64,000 nt of DNA from Azolla caroliniana (Eukaryota > Plantae > Polypodiophyta). The stretch lies in the NCBI GenBank assembly GCA_043228905.1, contig JBHGNT010000003.1, forward strand, positions 18,972,001 through 19,036,000, read 5' to 3'. The position numbers and the translations under genes were made by a program. Below the pieces are notes generated by a model. The model had not been told where the DNA came from and did not search any database. It saw nothing but the letters and a program-made list of their open reading frames with translations. Below, in pieces: positions 51,977-61,629 of the stretch. Numbering within the stretch: position 1 is the stretch's first letter; the number at the start of each line of letters is the position of its first letter.

Positions 51977-54900
51977 TGTTGGGATTACGGTCCCTTTCGG
52001 ATGGGATGGTCGGATGTCGGAGATGAATGCCGACGAGCCCGGTTTCGGTTTCGGATCCGGATGACGAAGACCCCGGTTTCGGTGCCGGATGACGAATGTA
52101 CCCGGAGAGCGATCCGGATGCAGGGACATATCCGTGAATATGTTCGCTATGGGCCCCTGAGGCTATAGTTGTAAATAGCCCAAAGTCATATAAGTATAAA
52201 TATGACTTAGGGCAAATAGTTTTGGAGTTGCTGATCATTTTTCTGTTTTTCCACTCAAAAGGAGTGAAGAGGGAGCAGCCGAGAGAGAGAGAGAGAGAGA
52301 TAGAGCGCGAGAGAGACGAAGAGGTAGACGCCTCTGTGTATTTCCGCCGCCTGTGGCGAGGACAGCGAGCTCAAGGTCGTTGCCTTGCAGCTCGCCATTG
52401 TATATTTCTCTGTGCATAGTTTGGTTTGGAGTCTCGCACTCCCGTGGTTTTTCCCGTATAGGGTTTTCCACGTTAATCCCCGTGTATCGCGTCTTTCTCT
52501 GTATTTCCTATTTTCTGCTGCATTGATCCGCGATTAATCGGTTGTGGCCGAGTGGTGAAAGTGAATCCAAGCGTTGATTCCCAACAAACTGGTATCAGAG
52601 CGACTGTTGCAGAAAATGGAAGGCGGCGGCAGCGGGCAGCCGATGATGATGGTGCTGAATGCACAGAATTACGCCGACTGGAAGATCAAGATGGAGGACC
52701 TTCTGATTGTTCGGGACCTGTACGAACCGATTGACAGGTCGGAAATACCGAAAGGGGTACTTGAGTCGGAGTGGAAGCTCCTGAACCGGAAAGCCGTAGC
52801 GACGATCCGACAATACGTCGACGTGAGCGTCCTACAACATGTGGCAAACGACACCAACGCATATGAGATGTGGAAGAAGCTGTCGGGCCTCTACGAGAGG
52901 AAGAATGCGTTGAACCGGACCTCCCTGATGAGGAAGATAGTGAATCTCAAGTACCGGGACGGCGAGAGTATGGTGGAACACGTAAGCACGTTCATGGGAT
53001 TCGTGAATCAGCTTGCGGCGATCAAGTTCCCGTTGGAGGATGCAATGCAAGCCATCATCCTGATGTGTACATTGCCGGAAAGCTGGGAGAACTTGGTGGT
53101 GACTCTCAGCACCTCGTGCACCGAAGATAACTTGTCCTTACAAACGGTAAAGACAAGTATTCTGAATGAAGAAGCGCGTCGGAGAGATAAGGAACCGACC
53201 TCCGAACCGAAGATGTTGTTTACCGAGTCGGATCGGGGAAGACAATGGAACCGGAGTCCGCAAAGACGGGAGAAGTCGGGGACCCGGTCGCAGTCAAGAG
53301 GAAGGCCCACATGCTTCCACTGTGGGAAGCCGGGGCACTTCCGAAAGAATTGTCGGCATTACCGAAAAGACAACGGAGCCGACGACACCGACTCGAAGAA
53401 GTCACCGGAGAGAAACGGTGCATACCAGGGAGCCACGGACCGGAGAGGTTCGGATCGGCGAGGGCAAGACCGGAAAGGAACAACGGCACTCGCGGCAAGT
53501 GAGGAAGAAATCATGCTCATCACCGAAGAAGGTGAGCTAAACGTTGCCGACGATGAGACGACCTGGGTGGTCGATTCCGGAGCATCGTTCCACCTGACCC
53601 CGGAGAGAAGATACTTCTCATCCTACACAGCCGGTGAGCATGGCTGTGTTCGGATGGGAAATGAAGGTACGTGCCGGATTGCCGGCATCGGAGACGTGTG
53701 GTTGACAACCCCGACCGGATGCAAAATGCTGCTGAAGGATGTCCGACACGTTCCGGAGGTTCGATTGAACCTGATTTCGGCCGGGAGGCTAGACGATGAA
53801 GGCTACACAGGTAGCATCCGGAACGGCGTAATGAAGTTCAGCAAGGGGAGCCTGATAGTGGCTCGGGCCCGGAAAGACAACACACTGTACCTGATGAATG
53901 CCCGGTTATGTCCGGAAGAGTTGAATGTGGCAACCGACACTGCCGGTGAGCTGTGGCACAAAAGACTGTGCCACATGAGCGAGAAGGGGATGAAGAGGCT
54001 TGCAGAAGACAACCTTATTCCAGTGAAGCATGTGCACCTGGAGAAGTGCACGGATTGCCTGGCCGGTAAGCAGAACCGAACCTCCTTCCACTCAAGGCCA
54101 CCGACGAGACGTAGCGCACCATTGGAGTTGGTGCACACTGACGTGTGTCAGGTAGAGACGAAGTCACATGGCGGAGCCCAGTACTTCGTAACATTCATCG
54201 ATGATCATAGCCAAAAACTATGGACGGCACCGTTGAAGACAAAGGATCAAGTGTTGTGCGTCTTCAAAGAACTCCACGCGAGAGTGGAAAGGGAATCCGG
54301 CAAGAAGCTGAAAGCGATACGAGCGGATAACGGAGGGGAATACCGGGGGCAGTTCCAGGAGTACTGTCGCTCGAAGGGAATCCGACTCGAGTTTACTGTG
54401 CCGAAGACGCCGGAACTGAACGGGCTGGCCGAGAGGATGAACCGGACCATAATGGAGAGGGTCCGGAGTATGCTGGCGCATGCGAAATTACCCAAGGGAT
54501 TTTGGGCTGAGGCAATGTCGACGGCGACATATGTGATAAACAGATCACCCTCAGTACCTTTGGACGGAGACACGCCGCAGAGAGTGTGGACCGGTAGGGA
54601 AGTATCCTACCGGCATCTGAAGGTGTTCGGGTGTCTCGCATACGTGCATGTGGCAAAGGACCGGAGAGGAAAGCTAGATCCAAAGACCCGGCCATGCATA
54701 TTCCTCGGTTACGGCGACGACGAGTTCGGCTACCGAGTATGGGACCCGGTCGACAAGAAGATATTCAGGAGTCGAGACATCATCTTCATGGAGGACAAGA
54801 CACTCGCCGACTTGGAGTCGGAGAAGAAGATGAAGAGCTCCAAGTCGACCGGTGAGGATCAACTCTACGAGGAGCAGTCCCGACCGGCAAGGGACCGGTT

Positions 54901-57309
54901 AGCACTCGAGGATCCGGCCGAAGACGGTGAAGAAACAGAACCGGCCGAAGAAGATGAAAATGATACCGGAACCGGCCCCGATCCCGAAATGGATTCGGAC
55001 GAAGAAGAATCGGAAGAACCGGTTACCGAAGCTCCGGAACGGAGATATCCTCTAAGAGAGAGAAGGGCCCCCCGGAGATTTCCGGAACCAGAGCACGTGC
55101 TGCTAACCGACGAGGGGGAGCCGGAGAGCTTTGAAGAAGCAAAGCACGACACCCAGAGCCGCAGGTGGTTGAGTGCCATGCAGGACGAGATGGATTCCCT
55201 GCATGAGAACCACACATATGAACTTGTGGAGTTGCCGAAGGGAAAGCGGGCACTTCGAAACAAGTGGGTGTTCAAGCTGAAACCGGGAGATGCCGGAAAC
55301 CCCCCGAGATACAAAGCCAGGATCGTGGTGAAGGGGTTTCAGCAAAAGAAGGGCGTCGACTTCGACGAGATATTTGCCCCGGTAGTGAAGATGACCTCCA
55401 TCCGGACGGTGCTGAGCATAGCGGCAAGCATGGACCTCGAGGTAGAACAGATGGACGTGAAGACGGCATTCCTTCACGGTGACCTCGAAGAAGAGTTCTA
55501 CATGCAGCAACCGGAAGGATTCGAGAAGGAAGGGAAGGAGCACCTGGTATGCCGGTTGAAGAAGAGCCTTTACGGACTGAAGCAGGCTCCCCGGCAATGG
55601 TACCGGAAGTTCGACTCCTTCATGACCGAAGAAGGGTACCTCAAAACGCAGTCCGACCACTGCGTGTTTGTGAAGAAGTTCGAAGGAGGAGACTTTCTAA
55701 TACTCCTCCTGTACGTGGACGACATGTTGATCGTCGGACGGGACCAGGTCAAGATACGGATGCTGAAGAAGGCTCTTCACCGAACCTTCTCAATGAAGGA
55801 CCTGGGTCCGGCGAGGCAAATACTAGGGATGCACATCATCCGGAACCGGAAGAAGAAGCAGTTGTGGCTGTCACAGGAGAAGTACGTGACGAAGGTGCTT
55901 CACCGGTTCAACATGTCGGAAGCAAGACCGGTCGGGTCGACCCTCCCGGCAAACTGCAAGCTGTCCAGCAAGCAAAGTCCAAAGACAAAGGCTGAAAAGG
56001 AGGATATGATGAAAGTGCCGTATGCCTCAGCCGTCGGGAGCTTGATGTACGCCATGGTGTGTACGAGACCGGACATCGGATATGCAGTCGGAGTGGTGAG
56101 CCGGTACATGAGCAATCCCGGCAAAGAGCATTGGAACGCGGCCAAGTGGATACTCCGATACCTGAAGGGCACGGCAAACGTGTGCCTCCGATTCGGCTCC
56201 GGTAAGCCCGAACTCGACGGCTTCACCGATTCGGATATGTCGGCTGATGCAGATACCAGCCGGTCCACATCAGGGTATGTGATGACGTATGCAGGGGGAG
56301 CCGTTTCGTGGCAGTCGAGGCTGCAGAAGACGGTTGCGTTGTCAACCACGGAGGCGGAGTACATGGCGGCTGTTGAAGCCGGCAAGGAAATAATATGGAT
56401 GAAGGACTTCATTAGAGAGCTCGGTATCCGGCAGGTGGAGTACCGACTCTACTGCGACAGTCAGAGTGCAATCCACCTTGCGAAGAACGCGGCCTATCAC
56501 TCCCGGACAAAGCACATCCAGCGAAGATATCACTGGATCCGGGAAAGGATAGAAGACAAGGAGTTCGTGCTGACAAAGATCCACACGGACGAGAACGGGT
56601 CGGATATGCTGACCAAGGTCCTCACACCCGACAAGCTGGAAGCATGCCGGAAGAGGATCGGACTGGAGAGACATCCCATGCCGAAGTGAAGGGGGAGTTT
56701 GTTGGGATTACGGTCCCTTTCGGATGGGATGGTCGGATGTCGGAGATGAATGCCGACGAGCCCGGTTTCGGTTTCGGATCCGGATGACGAAGACCCCGGT
56801 TTCGGTGCCGGATGACGAATGTACCCGGAGAGCGATCCGGATGCAGGGACATATCCGTGAATATGTTCGCTATGGGCCCCTGAGGCTATAGTTGTAAATA
56901 GCCCAAAGTCATATAAGTATAAATATGACTTAGGGCAAATAGTTTTGGAGTTGCTGATCATTTTTCTGTTTTTCCACTCAAGAGGAGTGAAGAGGGAGCA
57001 GCCGAGAGAGAGAGAGAGAGAGATAGAGCGCGAGAGAGACGAAGAGGTAGACACCTCTGTGTATTTCCGCCGCCTGTGGCGAGGACAGCGAGCTCAAGGT
57101 CGTTGCCTTGCAGCTCGCCATTGTATATTTCTCTGTGCATAGTTTGGTTTGGAGTCTCGCACTCCCGTGGTTTTTCCCGTATAGGGTTTTCCACGTTAAT
57201 CCCTGTGTATCGCGTCTTTCTCTGTATTTCCTATTTTCTGCTGCATTGATCCGCGATTAATCGGTTGTGGCCGAGTGGTGAAAGTGAATCCAAGCGTTGA
57301 TTCCCAACA
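51977..57309 (+). mobile_element. Copia 'A' (Tork/Tnt1-like), intact; 610-bp LTRs 51977-52586 and 56700-57309
   Basis: TSD TGACA (51972-51976, 57310-57314). PBS TGGTATCAGAGC at 52590-52601. PPT at 56683-56697. Only three LTR substitutions found by eye. Confidence 0.98.
52616..56689 (+). CDS. Gag-Pol polyprotein of Copia A (1357 aa)
   Basis: Uninterrupted ORF: CFHCGKPGHFRKNC knuckle, VVDSGAS protease, HHCC and DDE integrase (VHTDV, RADNGGEY, AERMN), YVDDML RT and RNaseH. The first ATG after the PBS is at 52616. Confidence 0.97.
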   Translation: MEGGGSGQPMMMVLNAQNYADWKIKMEDLLIVRDLYEPIDRSEIPKGVLESEWKLLNRKAVATIRQYVDVSVLQHVANDTNAYEMWKKLSGLYERKNALNRTSLMRKIVNLKYRDGESMVEHVSTFMGFVNQLAAIKFPLEDAMQAIILMCTLPESWENLVVTLSTSCTEDNLSLQTVKTSILNEEARRRDKEPTSEPKMLFTESDRGRQWNRSPQRREKSGTRSQSRGRPTCFHCGKPGHFRKNCRHYRKDNGADDTDSKKSPERNGAYQGATDRRGSDRRGQDRKGTTALAASEEEIMLITEEGELNVADDETTWVVDSGASFHLTPERRYFSSYTAGEHGCVRMGNEGTCRIAGIGDVWLTTPTGCKMLLKDVRHVPEVRLNLISAGRLDDEGYTGSIRNGVMKFSKGSLIVARARKDNTLYLMNARLCPEELNVATDTAGELWHKRLCHMSEKGMKRLAEDNLIPVKHVHLEKCTDCLAGKQNRTSFHSRPPTRRSAPLELVHTDVCQVETKSHGGAQYFVTFIDDHSQKLWTAPLKTKDQVLCVFKELHARVERESGKKLKAIRADNGGEYRGQFQEYCRSKGIRLEFTVPKTPELNGLAERMNRTIMERVRSMLAHAKLPKGFWAEAMSTATYVINRSPSVPLDGDTPQRVWTGREVSYRHLKVFGCLAYVHVAKDRRGKLDPKTRPCIFLGYGDDEFGYRVWDPVDKKIFRSRDIIFMEDKTLADLESEKKMKSSKSTGEDQLYEEQSRPARDRLALEDPAEDGEETEPAEEDENDTGTGPDPEMDSDEEESEEPVTEAPERRYPLRERRAPRRFPEPEHVLLTDEGEPESFEEAKHDTQSRRWLSAMQDEMDSLHENHTYELVELPKGKRALRNKWVFKLKPGDAGNPPRYKARIVVKGFQQKKGVDFDEIFAPVVKMTSIRTVLSIAASMDLEVEQMDVKTAFLHGDLEEEFYMQQPEGFEKEGKEHLVCRLKKSLYGLKQAPRQWYRKFDSFMTEEGYLKTQSDHCVFVKKFEGGDFLILLLYVDDMLIVGRDQVKIRMLKKALHRTFSMKDLGPARQILGMHIIRNRKKKQLWLSQEKYVTKVLHRFNMSEARPVGSTLPANCKLSSKQSPKTKAEKEDMMKVPYASAVGSLMYAMVCTRPDIGYAVGVVSRYMSNPGKEHWNAAKWILRYLKGTANVCLRFGSGKPELDGFTDSDMSADADTSRSTSGYVMTYAGGAVSWQSRLQKTVALSTTEAEYMAAVEAGKEIIWMKDFIRELGIRQVEYRLYCDSQSAIHLAKNAAYHSRTKHIQRRYHWIRERIEDKEFVLTKIHTDENGSDMLTKVLTPDKLEACRKRIGLERHPMPK

Positions 57310-57314
57310 TGACA

Positions 57315-60300
57315 TATCGTAATATTCGTTGCGCGCACTGAAGGTGCTCCACGGTCGGCTTCTGCGTGAACTGACTTACCATGCCGACCGGATAGCTGAT
57401 GTCGGGTCGGGTGATGGTTAAGTAGATCAGGCTTCCGACAACCTGTCGGAACCGTTTCTCATTGCAGGCCGGTCCGGAGTTGGGACGGAGCTTCTGGTTC
57501 CGGTCCAGGGGTGTGGAGACAGGTCGGCAATCCGTCATGCCGAACTTATACAGCATATTCAACACGTAATGTCGTTGTGAGAGCAATATGCCGTCGGGGG
57601 TCCGGATCACTTCGATCCCAAGAAAATAATGAAGGTCCCCCAGGTCCTTCATTTCGAATGCGTCCGACAATTGGGACTTGACGCGGTTGATTTCGGGAAG
57701 ACCCGATCCGGTGATGACTAAATCATCCACATACATGAGTATACATACCGGACCGTCAGAGCCTTGCCGGAGGAATAACGAAGAGTCCGACTTAGAGACA
57801 ACAAATCCCAGTTTACGCAACCGGTGCGTGATCTTCGCGTTCCAAGCTCGGGGGGCTTGCTTCAAGCCGTAAAGCGACTTCTTCAGTCGGCATACCGCCG
57901 ACTTGTTCATCTCCGAGTGAAATCCGGGGGGCTGAGCCATAAAGACTTCTTCTTCAAGCTCTCCTTGAAGGAAGGCGTTCTTCACATCCATCTGGTGAAG
58001 ATGCCACCCCCTTGCCGCAGCAACCGCCAGTACCACACGAACCGTCGTCATCTTCGCCACAGGAGCGAAGGTCTCGTCGTAGTCGATTCCGTGGGTTTGC
58101 GCGTATCCCTTCGCCACTAACCGGGCTTTGTACCGGTTAACAGAACTGTCGGCGTTGTACTTGACCTTGTACACCCACTTGCATCCGATTGGTTTACAGT
58201 GACGGGGAGGATCAACTAGGTCCCAAGTTTCGTTGGCATCGAGTGCCCGCATTTCTTCGTCCATAGCAGCACGCCAATTTGCGTCCTTTGCCGCTTCTGC
58301 GTAGCTCTCCGGCTCACGCACTTCTGTCACCTTAGTCATGTACGCATAATGATGCGCCATGTATTCATTGTACCCGTACCGCATGACGGGATCCTTTTGG
58401 CGGGTTGATCGGCGCAACGCACCGTCACCTGATTTGAGGCCCTTCTTGGCCAGTTCGGTCTTCGTTGCCGAAGATCCGCCTTTCTCCTTTATGGAGTCGG
58501 ATACGCACCGATCCGACTCATCGTTGCCAGTTTCGAATTCCGGCATTTTCCTCTTCCCTTTCTCTTTGCGCGTGAACCGTTTCCTCGGTGCCTTGCGCGG
58601 GGAGAGCACATCAGAGTGTCCACCACTTGCCGTTTCTTCATCCGACTGGTCCAACCGACTCAGTCGCTCGTTCGGTCCACTCAACCGTAACGATTCCGGA
58701 CTCTCATCTTGAGTCCCGGCTTCATCATCCTCTGCCAGGGCTAATTCAGGCTCACTGGCCTGATCTTCCGGCATTGGGTCGAGATCGGAAGTCGGAGTCG
58801 GTACGGAGTACCAAGATGCCGATTCATCGAACTCGACATCCCGGCTAACTCGGACTTCCTTCGTCCGGGGGTTATAGCACTTATACCCCTTTTGCTCTTG
58901 AGCATAGCCGACTAGGATGCATTTTTCCGATTTTGCATCCAGCTTTCTCCGCTTTTGATCCGGCACATGCACGTACGCTATGCTGCCGAATATTCGAAGG
59001 TGTCTTAAGTTCGGCTTGCGCCCGAAATACAGCTCATGAGTTGACACCTTGTCACCAATGCGGTTTTGTATGTAGACGGCCGTCTGGACCGCCTTCGCCC
59101 AGTAGAACCGGGGCATGCTCTTCTCCTCCAGCATTGTCCTTGCCGCTTCGACGAGTGTCCGGTTCTTCCTTTCGGCCACACCGTTTTGCTCCGGTGTGTA
59201 TCTGCAGCTGAACTCTCGCCGAATTCCCTTCTGCTGCAGATAACTAGTGAATTGGCCGGAAAAATATTCCTTTCTGCCATCCGACCGAAGGCATTTGATC
59301 TTCCTCTCCGATTCCCATTCCACCATCTTCTGGAGGCTCCGGAAACAGTCGAAGACTTCGCTCTTCCGCTCAATGAGGTAGATCCAAGTATGTCGAGTAT
59401 AGTCGTCGATGAAGGAGACGAAGTACCGACTCCCGCCAAGGCTTACACTTTGTGCCGGTCCCCACACATCCGAATGGATGAGATCGAGCTTGTTACGGCT
59501 CCAGTTCCGTTCGGTGGGGAATGGAAGCCGGTGTTGCTTCCCAAGTTGGCAGGCTTCACAAATTTCGGCTCTCCGGCCGCTGAACTTCGGCAAACCGAAA
59601 ACGACTTGTTTCGTTTGTAGATCTTGAAGCCTCCGGTAGTTGACGTGGCCTATCCGCTTGTGCCACAGGTCGATGTCCGACTCGACCTTCTGTCGTTCCG
59701 CGAACAGAGCGGTGCCTACGTCATTGGTGTTGAGGATAAACATCCTCCCGTCTCTGCGCCCTTGCGCAATGACTTCGCCCTCATCCTCAATGAAGCACCC
59801 GAGGTGCGTAAACTGCACCTGCATCCCCTAGTCGACAATCTGACCGACGGACACCAGGTTCTTCGTGATCGTCGGAACGTGTAATACGTTCATCAGCTTC
59901 CCTTTCTGTCCGACGTGGCTTAGAGGGACTTCTCCGACGTGCACGATTGGGTGAGGAGTGTCGTCTCTGGTTTCGACTACTCCTGGTTGATCCGGTTTCT
60001 CCAGAAAGGAGAACCACTCTTTGTGGCTCGTCATGTGGTTCGGCGCACCGGAATCAACATACCACACTTCCTCCGTTTTGGAAGTGGTCTTCTTCATTGA
60101 GTTTGCCTTGTGATTCATCACCAAGGCTGGCCCCTTACCGGCCTTTCCGGTTCCGGATCCTCCTTATCCGTTTGCGTAGTGCAAGTTTTGCCGGCCTTCC
60201 TTACCGGTCTTGCCGGATCCGGATTTGTCCGAATCGGCACGCTTTCTCCAGCACTCACTTTCCCTGTGGCCCTTTTTGCCACAGTACCAGCATTCCGTAG

Positions 60301-61059
60301 CGGATTTGTCTTGTCGGCTTCCGGCACCGCCTTGACTCCCCCTCCGTCGGCACGCTCATAGTGCCTCCGTTCCTGCTCTTGCCGGCCGCCTCCATTGCAT
60401 GCCGACCCTCCTCTTCCACCACGCCCACGGAACCGATCCGTTCCCGTGTACAACATTCGGCTGTTCGGGGATGCACTAGTAGATGTACCGGCGTGGTTCT
60501 CCTCTACAAGGAGCATCGACTATAAGTCGAAGAATGAGGGGGTATTCTCCCTTGTACACACCACAGTCCGGAACGCTCCGAACTTGGACGCCAGGCCTCC
60601 GAGACATACCTGCACCATCACGTCTTCCTCTACGGTAACATTGATAGAGGCTAGTGAGTCGCAGATCTCCTTTATCCGGCCCGTGTAGTCTGCCACAGAC
60701 ATGTTCTTCTGTCGAACATTGCTCAACTCCTGTCTGAGTTGCAGCTTCCAGGCAGTGGTGCTTGCGGCAAAAACCTTTTTCAGGTTCCCCCAAGCATCCT
60801 TCGGTGTCTTGGCGTCACGGATGTGGCTGAGCAGCTGATCGCCGACACTGGACGCGAAGCAGTACATCACCCTCCTTGCCGCCTGTTCCCATACCGGGAA
60901 GTCCTTGTGTGCCGAGTCTGGCGCCACATCATTCGCTCCTTCGACATAACTCCAGTACCCGTGTCCAAGCAGGTACTGGTGCATCTTGTAAGACCAGGAT
61001 GCGTAGTTGCTCCTGTCGAGCTTCTCCACCGGGAGCGACGTAGCCATGCCTCTATCCAT
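57315..61059 (-). pseudogene. Copia B gag-PR-INT-RT, broken reading frame
   Basis: Consecutive ORFs 61059-60520, 60516-60118, 60124-59828 and 59824-57315, separated by single stops or a frameshift. Confidence 0.9.
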
Positions 61060-61629
61060 GTCTTCTACTGTGTCTGTTCTCGACCTGTTAGGGTTTTCTT
61101 CTCAAGAGTAAACGTCTGCAACAGAGGTTCTCAACTCTTGCGCTCTGATACCATGTGAACTTAAGTGTTTGCGGAAGCGTAAAACAAAGAACAACACACT
61201 GAGAGAGAGAGAGAGCAAGAGAGAGAGAGAGACAGAGAGAGCAGAACACAATTTCAAAATTATATCAAGACTCTCTGTATACACACTGTGCTAAGTAGCA
61301 CTATTTATACAAGTCCTCTTGGGACTGACAGAAGTAGCATGTACTTCAATGCTCACACGAGCATCTGACACTTACTACGAGACTATAGATACCTAGTAGT
61401 CTATCCTATTCTAGGCTTCCGATTGGACTGCCGGTTACAGATTGCACCCGGCCTCCACTGCTTGCCGGTTCGGTTGCTCACCGTCATACCGAACCGTTTC
61501 GCCCGATCCGTCTCGCTTACCGGCCCCGGCTTATTCAGCCGATCCGGCTCCGGTTGAGCTTGCCGCTCAACACTTTACTACTGCACCATATTGAGTTTGA
61601 ACAACACTATGAAAATCTTTAAAGCAAAT

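Larger units (their letters stand above)
50286..61572 (-). mobile_element. Copia 'B', full length; LTRs 61154-61572 (5') and 50286-50706 (3'); disrupted by stops, a frameshift and the Copia A insertion
   Basis: TSD CTTTA (50281-50285, 61573-61577). tRNA-iMet PBS TGGTATCAGAGC at 61153-61142. PPT at 50707-50720. ORFs for gag, PR (YVDSGA), INT, RT (YVDDL) and RH. Confidence 0.96.
47190..61629 (-). mobile_element. Old Copia 'C' (INT-RT-RH remnant, short 3' LTR ~47190-47413), host of several nested insertions
   Basis: RT (TFAPVAKM, LDVTNAFLHG, YGLKQSP, YVDDII) and RH (CDNKSAI, TKHIEI). PPT at 47414-47426. The integrase frame FKDFHSVVQTQYGAVVK|VLTSDNG rejoins across 61573/50285. The left LTR end is approximate. 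Confidence 0.85.

Noticed and set aside
52574-52615. ORF-track start of the Copia A polyprotein
   Set aside because: Non-ATG start inside the LTR/PBS; the first ATG is at 52616.
52595-61158. Many overlapping 60-185 aa ORFs in alternative frames
   Set aside because: By-products of GC-rich Copia coding sequence.
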